From contig JANOQV010000149.1 in the NCBI GenBank assembly GCA_031414955.1, forward strand, positions 8,979 to 72,978: 64,000 bases of DNA, read 5' to 3'. The stretch comes from Pedosphaera sp. (GTDB taxonomy: Bacteria > Verrucomicrobiota > Verrucomicrobiia > Limisphaerales > SIBH01). Within the stretch, counting starts at the first letter, position 1; every line of letters starts with the position of its first letter. A program made the translations under genes and the position numbers. The notes beneath the pieces were generated by a model. That model saw nothing but the letters and a program-made list of their open reading frames with translations, ran no database searches and was not told the origin of the DNA. This document shows, piece by piece, positions 1 to 7,449 of the stretch.

Positions 1-177
1 CGAACTACTCGCGCTGCGAGCGGTATTGCTGTCAGCCTGGCCTCGCCGCGCGAGGCCGGCCACCTGCACTGGCTCCACCCGTAGCCGACGACGTGAGTCG
101 GCGCCGATCTCCCCCGCCGGAGAAGTGCGCCGACGGACGTCGGCGACCACCGGGTCTAAAGCAAGTGTCGTTGTCAT
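1..177 (-). CDS. 5' part of a gene of unknown function running off the window (MTTTLALDPVVADVRRR...)
   Basis: ATG at 177 with an open frame to position 1; follows the wHTH gene and is preceded by the same operator-like palindrome seen at 1171. Confidence 0.5.
   Translation of the reverse strand, partial: MTTTLALDPVVADVRRRTSPAGEIGADSRRRLRVEPVQVAGLARRGQADSNTARSASSS
81..150. repeat. GTAG-type REP-like inverted repeat within the 5' coding region
   Basis: gtagccgacgacgtgagtcggcgc (81-104) is an imperfect reverse complement of gcgccgacggacgtcggcgaccac (127-150). Confidence 0.7.
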
Positions 178-183
178 ATTTTT

Positions 184-200
184 ACTTTGCACTACAAAGT
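184..200. promoter_or_regulatory. palindromic operator ACTTTG-N5-CAAAGT
   Basis: perfect 6-bp inverted repeat 6 nt upstream of the ATG at 177; related copy at 1171-1187. Confidence 0.65.
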
Positions 201-237
201 GTGAGACCGCAACCCTTCGGAACTGTTCAAACAATAT

Positions 238-546
238 TTACTTTTTCCGCGTCTGCGAAACGATGTCTTCCAGGAGGTCCAGGTAGGCGGCGAAGGATTT
301 CCGGCCGGTCGGAGTCAGCGCGTAGGTGGTCATACCGCGCCCGGCCTCCATGCTCTTTGTGAAGGCGACGTAACCGGACTCGTGAAGCGTGCGCAGGTGG
401 GCCGTCACGTTGCCATCGGTCATCTTGAGTGTGTCACGAATTTCCCGGAACGACATTTCGGGCGTGGCCGCGAGCAGCGACATGATGGCGAGCCGCCCCT
501 TCTCGTGGATGACGCGGTCGAGGTTGAGGAATGGCTCTGGATTCAA
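238..546 (-). CDS. winged-helix (ArsR/MarR-like, HTH_34-type) transcriptional regulator
   Basis: LDRVIHEKGRLAIMSLL...SFREIRDTLKMTDGNVTAHLRTLHESGYV...TTYALTPTGRKSF; probable TTG start overlapping the upstream stop (TTGA). Confidence 0.88.
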   Translation of the reverse strand: MNPEPFLNLDRVIHEKGRLAIMSLLAATPEMSFREIRDTLKMTDGNVTAHLRTLHESGYVAFTKSMEAGRGMTTYALTPTGRKSFAAYLDLLEDIVSQTRKK

Positions 547-1163
547 GCGCGGCGTTTCCGTTCGGTGAAGTAGAGGTAGAGGCCGTGGGCTGTCTGACCA
601 AAACCAAAAATGGAACCCATCGCCAAGTGGGCGGCCTCGGGAACATCGCCGGGCACGATGGGCGTGGCGAGAAGCAGTCCGCAACCAATCAAAACAAGGA
701 TGCGGCCGAACAAGGCCAGGCCACGCGAAGTGAAGAACCCAGCGGCATTCAAGGCGCAACCGTAGAGGATCACCCACAGGCTGGCGGCCACCCAGGCGAG
801 CGACTGGAAGACGTGGCTGTAGGTGATGAGGAAAACGGCCACGGCGAATCCACCGATGAAAGGCGGCGTGAGGGCCTCCGTCACGCGGCGGGTGGGCGGC
901 GACCAGAACTGCTCCTGTTCGCGCCAAGCCTGGCGACGGACGAGCAGCAGAGTGGTGATAAGCGCGATGACACCAACGGCCATCCAGTAGATGGCGAAGG
1001 CGCGATTGCTGCGAACGGCGACAAACTGAGGAACGACTGCCGCCGCCAGTCCGAGGAGGCCGGTCCCCAACATGAGCGGGGCCAGGGCACGCCGGTAGAG
1101 GGCGGAACGCTCCATGAGGGTGCGGATGGTCTGAAGGTGTTCAGAGGCCCAGTTGGTTTCCAT
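543..1163 (-). CDS. multi-pass membrane protein (~206 aa), typical partner of HTH_34 regulators
   Basis: METNWASEHLQTIRTLMERS then about six hydrophobic segments; translationally coupled to the wHTH gene. Confidence 0.8.
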   Translation of the reverse strand: METNWASEHLQTIRTLMERSALYRRALAPLMLGTGLLGLAAAVVPQFVAVRSNRAFAIYWMAVGVIALITTLLLVRRQAWREQEQFWSPPTRRVTEALTPPFIGGFAVAVFLITYSHVFQSLAWVAASLWVILYGCALNAAGFFTSRGLALFGRILVLIGCGLLLATPIVPGDVPEAAHLAMGSIFGFGQTAHGLYLYFTERKRRA

Positions 1164-1170
1164 GTCGGTT

Positions 1171-1187
1171 ACTTTGCATGGCAGAGC
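1171..1187. promoter_or_regulatory. degenerate second operator ACTTTGCATGGCAGAGC
   Basis: shares ACTTTGCA...CA(A/G)AG with 184-200; 7 nt upstream of the ATG at 1163. Confidence 0.55.
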
Positions 1188-1273
1188 ACGGCTGGTCAAG
1201 CTCGGCTGAAACACCAAATCACAGTTGAGTCCTCGAACGCGCCAGAGAGGCAGCGGGGAGCAAGGTCCTGATC

Positions 1274-1331
1274 TGGAGTGCGGGGACTTGTCACCGCTTT
1301 CCCGCGGCAGCGACAAGTCGCCGCACTCCAA
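1274..1331. repeat. TGGAGTGCGG-type REP-like palindrome downstream of recQ
   Basis: tggagtgcggggacttgtc...gacaagtcgccgcactcca; shorter copy at 14191-14222. Confidence 0.75.
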
Positions 1332-1339
1332 GCTGGCGG

Positions 1340-3508
1340 TTACGGGCGGCGCTGTTGCACGGCGCGGCAGAGGCGGAGCAACCCCATGTCGTATTTGGCG
1401 GCCAGGGCTTCGTGGACGCCGACGAGGTTGTTGAAGCCGAACTTGGCGAAGGCGTCGCAGATGGTGCGTTGCTCGGCGGCGGAGAGAATCTGGATCAGTT
1501 CCACAGACTCGCCTGCTTCGACGGCCGTGGCGAGGTGGCCGTAGATGGTGCTGTGGGCCAGCATTCGCGCGGTGGCGATCTGCTCGGCCGTGCGGCCGGC
1601 GCGGTAGTGTCGGAGCGTTTCGCGGGCGGTGTCGTTCAGGCGCGATCGACTCGGCGGCGGTGCGGCGCTGAAGGAATCGTCGGCGAAAATCTGCTTTGGG
1701 TGGGCCTGCACATAAGCGGCGATCTCGGTCAGGAAGATTTCCCCGAACTCCTCGAGCTTGCGCTGGCCCACGCCGCTGATGCGCGCAAACTCGGCGTTGT
1801 TGGACGGATAGAACCGAGCCATCTGCCGCAGCGCCACATCGGAGAAAATGATGTAGGACGGCACGGCGCGTTCGTCGGCCAGTTGCTTGCGCACGGCGCG
1901 CAGTTGCTCGAAGAGCGCCTCGTCGCAGGCGATTTCGCCAACGGCGTGGGCCTGCTTCTCCGGCACCTTCATCGGCTTGGTGAGTTGGACAAGCTTGCGC
2001 TGCGTGAGCACGGCGCGGCCTTCGGGCGTGAGTTCGAGCACGCTGAACTTCTGCGCGTCCTGCTTCACGAAGCCGAGGCGGATCAACTCGCGGCCAATCG
2101 CGCTCCACTCCGAGCGGCCCAGATCCTTGCCGATGCCGTAAGTCGAGAGCTGCTGGTGGTTCCACTTGCGGACCTTCTCCGTGTCCGCGCCGGTGAGTAC
2201 TTCGACGACATGGTTCAAGCCCACCCCAAAACTGCCGCGCTCGCGAATGCGGTAGATGCAGGAGAGAAACTTCTGCGCGTGCAAGGTGCCGTCGTAGGTC
2301 TCGCGCGGCGAAAGGCAGTTGTCACAGCCGCCACAGTTGTCGCCGGGAAATTCTTCGCTGAAGTAATCGAGCAGCGAGGCCCGGCGGCACGAGGCGCTCT
2401 CGGCGTAATGGACCATCTGCTGAAGTTGCGCCCGCGCGACGGTCTTCTCCGGCTCAGGCTTCTCGTCAATGAACCCCTGCTGCTTGACCACATCGCCGGC
2501 GCTGAAAAGCAGCAGGCATTCGCTGGGCAAACCGTCGCGGCCCGCGCGGCCCGTCTCCTGGTAGTAGCCCTCGACGTTCTTGGGCAAATCGTAGTGGATG
2601 ACGAAGCGGACGTTCGGCTTGTTGATGCCCATGCCGAAGGCAATCGTCGCGCAGATGACGCGCACCTCGTCGCGGAGGAACATCTCCTGATTCCTGGAAC
2701 GATCCTTGGGGTCCAGGCCGGCGTGGTACGGCGCGGCCTTGATGCCGTCCTCGTTCAAGTTCGACGCCACGCTCTCCGCGCTCTTGCGGCTCTGGCAATA
2801 GACGATGCCGCTTTCGCGCGGGCGCTTGCGGATGAACTCCAGCGTCTGCTCATACGGCCCCGACTTGGGGATGACGCGGTAGGTGAGGTTCGGTCGGTTG
2901 AAGCTCGCCACGTAGCAGCCCGGTTCGTGGAGCTTGAGATGCTTGATGATGTCCGCGCGCACCCGATCCGTGGCGGTGGCGGTGAGCGCCATGAACGGGA
3001 CGTTGGGACACAAATCACGGAGCTGCGCGAGTTGCCGATACTCCGGGCGAAAGTCGTGGCCCCATTCGCTGATGCAATGCGCCTCGTCCACCGCGATGAG
3101 CGCGACGTTCCAGCGCTGCAAATCGGAGAGAAACCCGGAGAGCATCAACCGCTCGGGCGCGACATAGAGCATCCGATATTCGCCGTTGTGCAAGCCGCGC
3201 AACCGCGCGCGTCCCTCGCCGGCTTCCAGCGAGGAATTCAGAAACGTCGCCGCCACGCCGCTGGCGCGCATCGAGTCCACCTGATCCTTCATCAGTGCAA
3301 TCAACGGCGACACGACCACGGTGAGACCGGGCCGCACCAGCGCGGGCAGTTGAAAACACAGCGATTTGCCGCCGCCCGTGGGGAGAAGCGCAAAGGTGTC
3401 CTTGTTCGCCAGCGAGTCGCGGATGATGTCCTCCTGCAATGGACGGAAGGAATCAAAGCCGAAGGTTTGCTTCAGCGTGGCGAGCAGATTGGGCGCGGCA
3501 GTCGGCAC
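1340..3508 (-). CDS. recQ: ATP-dependent DNA helicase RecQ with RQC, HRDC and C-terminal HTH domains
   Basis: PTGGGKSLCFQ, DEAHCISEWGHDFRP, ATIAFGMGINKPNVR, QETGRAGRDG, Zn motif CRR...CGGCDNC. Confidence 0.97.
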   Translation of the reverse strand: MPTAAPNLLATLKQTFGFDSFRPLQEDIIRDSLANKDTFALLPTGGGKSLCFQLPALVRPGLTVVVSPLIALMKDQVDSMRASGVAATFLNSSLEAGEGRARLRGLHNGEYRMLYVAPERLMLSGFLSDLQRWNVALIAVDEAHCISEWGHDFRPEYRQLAQLRDLCPNVPFMALTATATDRVRADIIKHLKLHEPGCYVASFNRPNLTYRVIPKSGPYEQTLEFIRKRPRESGIVYCQSRKSAESVASNLNEDGIKAAPYHAGLDPKDRSRNQEMFLRDEVRVICATIAFGMGINKPNVRFVIHYDLPKNVEGYYQETGRAGRDGLPSECLLLFSAGDVVKQQGFIDEKPEPEKTVARAQLQQMVHYAESASCRRASLLDYFSEEFPGDNCGGCDNCLSPRETYDGTLHAQKFLSCIYRIRERGSFGVGLNHVVEVLTGADTEKVRKWNHQQLSTYGIGKDLGRSEWSAIGRELIRLGFVKQDAQKFSVLELTPEGRAVLTQRKLVQLTKPMKVPEKQAHAVGEIACDEALFEQLRAVRKQLADERAVPSYIIFSDVALRQMARFYPSNNAEFARISGVGQRKLEEFGEIFLTEIAAYVQAHPKQIFADDSFSAAPPPSRSRLNDTARETLRHYRAGRTAEQIATARMLAHSTIYGHLATAVEAGESVELIQILSAAEQRTICDAFAKFGFNNLVGVHEALAAKYDMGLLRLCRAVQQRRP

Positions 3509-3701
3509 GCGGACTGTTTAGCCGAAGGGGCGGGGATGATTCAACGCCGGTTTGCCGGATGAGGCAGGAGTGCCCTCTGCTTGACGCTCTGGCGGGTGAC
3601 TGCAAGGTTCTCGCCCGGTCGAAAAGGCAAAGGACATTTTTTCACAGATCGCACACTCTCCCGCGGCACAGGCTCTCCTGAAACGCGCGGAGGCGGGCGG
3701 C

Positions 3702-6700
3702 GTGTTGCCCTTCGACACCGTCCACCCGGCGGCCCATCCGTTTCTGGCCGCCTTGCTGCACCGGCTGCTTCCGGGGCGCACCATCGTCGCGGTCACGGCG
3801 GGAGTGAAAGCGCAGGAGAGTTTTCATCAAGACCTCACGACGTGGGTGCGGGCGCTCTCCACAGTCCAAGGTCCAAGGTCCAAGGTCGCCGAGACTTCCG
3901 GCCCTCAACCCTCAACTCTCAACCCGCAACCCTTGTTCTTCCCCGCCTGGGACATTCTCCCGCACGAGTCAAAACTGCCGCATGTGGACGTGATCAGCGA
4001 GCGGTTGGAAACATTGGTGGCACTGGCGGGCCAGACCCAGATTGGAACGGCGGCAGCCTTGCCTCAGTCCCGGCCTACTTCTCATCTGGTGGTCGCCAAC
4101 GTCGTCGCGCTGATGCAGCGCACGTTTCCGCCTGGGGCCATCGCCCAGCGCACGCGCCGCCTTCGGCCGGGCCAGACGATCAACCCGCTCGATCTCGTCG
4201 AATGGCTGGAGGCCGAGGGCTACGAGCCGGAGGCGCAGGTCAACAGCAAAGGCGAGATCGCGTTGCGCGGCGGCATTCTCGACATTTTTCCGCCCACCAG
4301 TCTTTGGCCGCTGCGGGTCGAGTTCTTCGGCGACGAGATTGAATCCATCCGGGAGTTTGATCCTTCGACGCAGCTCTCCAAGGAACCGGTCGAGTGGGCC
4401 ACCCTCGCGCCGGCGGGTGAATTGGGCATTCTCAAACGGATGCTGGCCGAGGAGGCCAAAGACCAAAGTCCAAAACTTAAGGGCAGCCCACTAGCCACGC
4501 TGTTCGACTATTTGCCGGGAGAATCGCTCGTGGTGGTGTGTGATCCCGAGGCGGTCGAACAAGCCGCGACGGCGTACGCGGTGCAAGTTCCGACGGGTGA
4601 TGCTTTCTTCGTGTCGTGGGCGCAACTGAGGTCGGAACTCGAAACGCGCCGCGTCCCGACCATTGAACTCAGCGAGTGCGCCGCAGGCCTGGAGACCAGC
4701 CATCGGCATCCGGTTTTCCACCCGCCGAGCGACCGGAAAGAAGCCGAGTTCCAGTCCGAGGCGGAAAAAGGGGAAGCCTATAAAATCAGCCCGGAGCAAG
4801 CGGGCGCCACGTTTCAGGGGCTGGAATCATTTCGTCCCGTCACCGAGCGCGCCGTGGACATCCTGATCGCGGAGGCGCAACGGCGCGAGTTCTTCGCCCA
4901 GTTGCATCGCTGGCTGCGGCAAGGCCGCGCGGTGCATGTCTTCTGCAACACCGAAGGCGAGCGGCAGCGGTTCGAGGAGATTTGGGAAGAGTTGGGGCTG
5001 GGTTCTGGCGTCTCAGGTCTGGGGGCGGCAAGAGTTCCCCCCAGACCCAAGACCCCAGATGCCAAACCCCAAACCCACCTCGGCACTCTCGCCCGAGGCT
5101 TCATCTACGAAGCAGCGCAACTCGTCGTCGTCACCGACGCGGAAATCTTCGGCCGCTATAAGGTGCCCCGTCCGCGCCGGCTCAAGTCGCCGCACGCCGC
5201 CACCTCGCGCTCGGCGCTGGACATAGATTTCACCGAGTTCGAGGAAGGCGACTACGTGGTCCATGTGCAGCACGGCATCGGGAGATTTCTCGGGCTGCAA
5301 ATCTTCGAGCCGGGCGCGGGCCGCAAGCCGACCGAGAAGGCGCGGCGCCGCACGGGCCAGGAATGCCTCGCCATCGAATACGCCTCCGGCGACCCCGCGC
5401 AACCGGCCCCGAAACTCTACGTGCCCGTGAGCGAGGCGCATCTGGTCAGCAAATACATCGGTACCGGCAAGGGGCGTCCGCAATTGCACACGCTCGGCGG
5501 GGCGCGCTGGGCCAAGGCCAAGACCCAAGCCGAGCACGCGGTGCGCGACCTCGCGGCGGAGTTGTTACAAATCCAGGCCGCGCGCGAATCGCAGCCCGGC
5601 CATGCCTGCCCGGCGGATAACGCCTGGCAGCGCGAGTTCGAGGGCGCGTTCGTCTATGAGGAAACTCCAGACCAGATGCGGGCCATCGTCGAAGCCAAGC
5701 GCGACATGGAAATGCCCAAGCCGATGGACCGGCTGATCTGCGGGGACGTGGGCTATGGCAAGACCGAGGTGGCGATTCGCGCCGCGTTCAAGGCCGTGAT
5801 GGGCGGCAAGCAGGTCGCCGTGCTCGTGCCCACGACGGTGCTCGCGCAACAGCACTTCAACACCTTCCGCGAGCGCATGGCCGATTACCCGGTGCGGGTG
5901 GAACTGCTCTCACGCTTCCGCACCGCGCGCGAGCAGCGCCGCGTCATCGACCAACTGGGGCAAGGCGGCGTGGACATTGTCATCGGCACGCACCGGCTTG
6001 TGCAGAGCGACATCACCTTCAAGGATCTCGGTTTGGTGGTCATCGATGAGGAGCAACGCTTCGGCGTCATGCACAAGGAAAAGTTCAAGATGCTCCGCCT
6101 GCTGGTGGACGTGCTGACCCTCAGCGCCACCCCCATTCCGCGCACCTTGCACCTCGCGCTGACCGGCGCGCGCGACATGAGCACCATCGAAACGCCGCCC
6201 CAGGACCGCCTGCCGGTCGAAACCATCGTGGCCCAATACGACGAGCGCACCATTCGCGACGCCATCCAGCGCGAGTTGAACCGGCAGGGCCAGGTCTTCT
6301 TCCTGCACAATCGCGTTCACGACATCGAGGAGGTGGCGCTCAAGATCAAGACTCTCGTGCCCGGGGTCCGCCTCGTCATCGGCCACGGCCAGATGCACGC
6401 GGACGCCTTGGAGAAAGTAATGACCCAGTTCGTCAACGGCGAGGCCGACGTGCTGCTCGCCACGACCATCATCGAGAGTGGCATCGACATCCCGAACGCC
6501 AACACCATCATCATCGACCGCGCGGACCGCTTCGGCCTCAGCGACCTGTATCAACTGCGCGGGCGCGTCGGGCGCTACAAACATCAGGCCTACGCCTATC
6601 TCCTGCTCGCGCGCCACGCCGGACTGCTGACCGACGCGCGCAAACGCATCAGCGCCATCAAGCAATATTCGTCGCTGGGCAGCGGCTTCAAAATTGCCAT

Positions 6701-7379
6701 GCGCGATCTGGAATTGCGCGGAGCCGGCAGCATGCTCGGGGCCCAACAGAGCGGGCACATCACCGCCGTGGGCTTCGACCTCTACTGCCAGTTGCTCAAG
6801 CAAAGCGTCAGCGCGCTCAAGGGTCACAAGGTCAAACCACGGGTCGAAGTGCAGACACGCCTTGATTTCATCGCCAGCGATCCGGCGGAAGTGGTCGAGG
6901 ACGCTGTTGGTTCAACGTCCGAAGTCCAAGGGCCAGGGCCGGAACCGCTGGTCGTGAACGTGCCGCGCGAAACCGCCACTTACTCCGAGGTTGAATCATC
7001 ATCCCCGCCGGAGGCGCGGCCGGTCCCGCGCGCCGCCGCTTATTTGCCGCTGGATTACATCACGGATTCACGCCAGCGCATTGAGGTCTATCGCAAGCTG
7101 GCGCAGATCGTGGACCAGAGTTCGCTGGAGAAACTGGCCCGGGAAGTGCGCGACCGTTTCGGCCCCCTGCCCCGCGCCGTCGAAGTGCTGCTGCAAGTGG
7201 CCGGGCTGAAGGTGTTGGCCAGTACGAAGGATGTGACCGTGATCGAGACCAAGCAGGACAAGCTGATGCTCACCCATCGGGGCGACTTGCTGACCCTGGG
7301 CGGACGACTGCCGCGCCTCTCCAAGCCGGAAGCGATGGCGCGGCTCAAGGAGATCAAGAAAGTGTTGCTGGCGTTGTGA
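3702..7379 (+). CDS. mfd: transcription-repair coupling factor Mfd (true start may lie upstream, see findings)
   Basis: RGGILDIF, GDYVVHVQHGIG, DRLICGDVGYGKTEVA, DEEQRFG, SATPIPRT, QLRGRVGR, C-terminal TRCF domain. Confidence 0.97.
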   Translation: MLPFDTVHPAAHPFLAALLHRLLPGRTIVAVTAGVKAQESFHQDLTTWVRALSTVQGPRSKVAETSGPQPSTLNPQPLFFPAWDILPHESKLPHVDVISERLETLVALAGQTQIGTAAALPQSRPTSHLVVANVVALMQRTFPPGAIAQRTRRLRPGQTINPLDLVEWLEAEGYEPEAQVNSKGEIALRGGILDIFPPTSLWPLRVEFFGDEIESIREFDPSTQLSKEPVEWATLAPAGELGILKRMLAEEAKDQSPKLKGSPLATLFDYLPGESLVVVCDPEAVEQAATAYAVQVPTGDAFFVSWAQLRSELETRRVPTIELSECAAGLETSHRHPVFHPPSDRKEAEFQSEAEKGEAYKISPEQAGATFQGLESFRPVTERAVDILIAEAQRREFFAQLHRWLRQGRAVHVFCNTEGERQRFEEIWEELGLGSGVSGLGAARVPPRPKTPDAKPQTHLGTLARGFIYEAAQLVVVTDAEIFGRYKVPRPRRLKSPHAATSRSALDIDFTEFEEGDYVVHVQHGIGRFLGLQIFEPGAGRKPTEKARRRTGQECLAIEYASGDPAQPAPKLYVPVSEAHLVSKYIGTGKGRPQLHTLGGARWAKAKTQAEHAVRDLAAELLQIQAARESQPGHACPADNAWQREFEGAFVYEETPDQMRAIVEAKRDMEMPKPMDRLICGDVGYGKTEVAIRAAFKAVMGGKQVAVLVPTTVLAQQHFNTFRERMADYPVRVELLSRFRTAREQRRVIDQLGQGGVDIVIGTHRLVQSDITFKDLGLVVIDEEQRFGVMHKEKFKMLRLLVDVLTLSATPIPRTLHLALTGARDMSTIETPPQDRLPVETIVAQYDERTIRDAIQRELNRQGQVFFLHNRVHDIEEVALKIKTLVPGVRLVIGHGQMHADALEKVMTQFVNGEADVLLATTIIESGIDIPNANTIIIDRADRFGLSDLYQLRGRVGRYKHQAYAYLLLARHAGLLTDARKRISAIKQYSSLGSGFKIAMRDLELRGAGSMLGAQQSGHITAVGFDLYCQLLKQSVSALKGHKVKPRVEVQTRLDFIASDPAEVVEDAVGSTSEVQGPGPEPLVVNVPRETATYSEVESSSPPEARPVPRAAAYLPLDYITDSRQRIEVYRKLAQIVDQSSLEKLAREVRDRFGPLPRAVEVLLQVAGLKVLASTKDVTVIETKQDKLMLTHRGDLLTLGGRLPRLSKPEAMARLKEIKKVLLAL
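3864..3930. repeat. heptamer tandem repeats inside mfd
   Basis: (gtccaag)x3 at 3864-3884, then ccctcaa/ccctcaa/ctctcaa/cccgcaa at 3902-3929. Confidence 0.8.
5002..5075. repeat. inverted heptamer arrays inside mfd
   Basis: gttctgg/cgtctca/ggtctgg facing ccagacc/caagacc/ccagatg/ccaaacc/ccaaacc. Confidence 0.7.
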
Positions 7380-7449
7380 CTCGACGCTTGAGCAGCGCGG
7401 ACCCAGCCCAGGGCACGGCTTCGTCAAGTCAGCCTGTTTCCACCAAGCC

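Noticed and set aside
543..2165. ORF-track N-terminal extensions (543-2165, 238-927, 28615-30099, 38620-40143, 42088-42891, 46987-49263)
   Set aside because: Only the 3' parts look protein-like; the extensions overlap other genes or repeats, so downstream starts were used.
1355..3562. Long antisense or alternative-frame ORFs (e.g. 1355-3562, 12238-15195, 26521-29139, 34592-36442, 39768-41609, 43657-45195)
   Set aside because: They overlap well-supported genes, carry no recognisable motifs, and are expected shadows of GC-rich codon usage.
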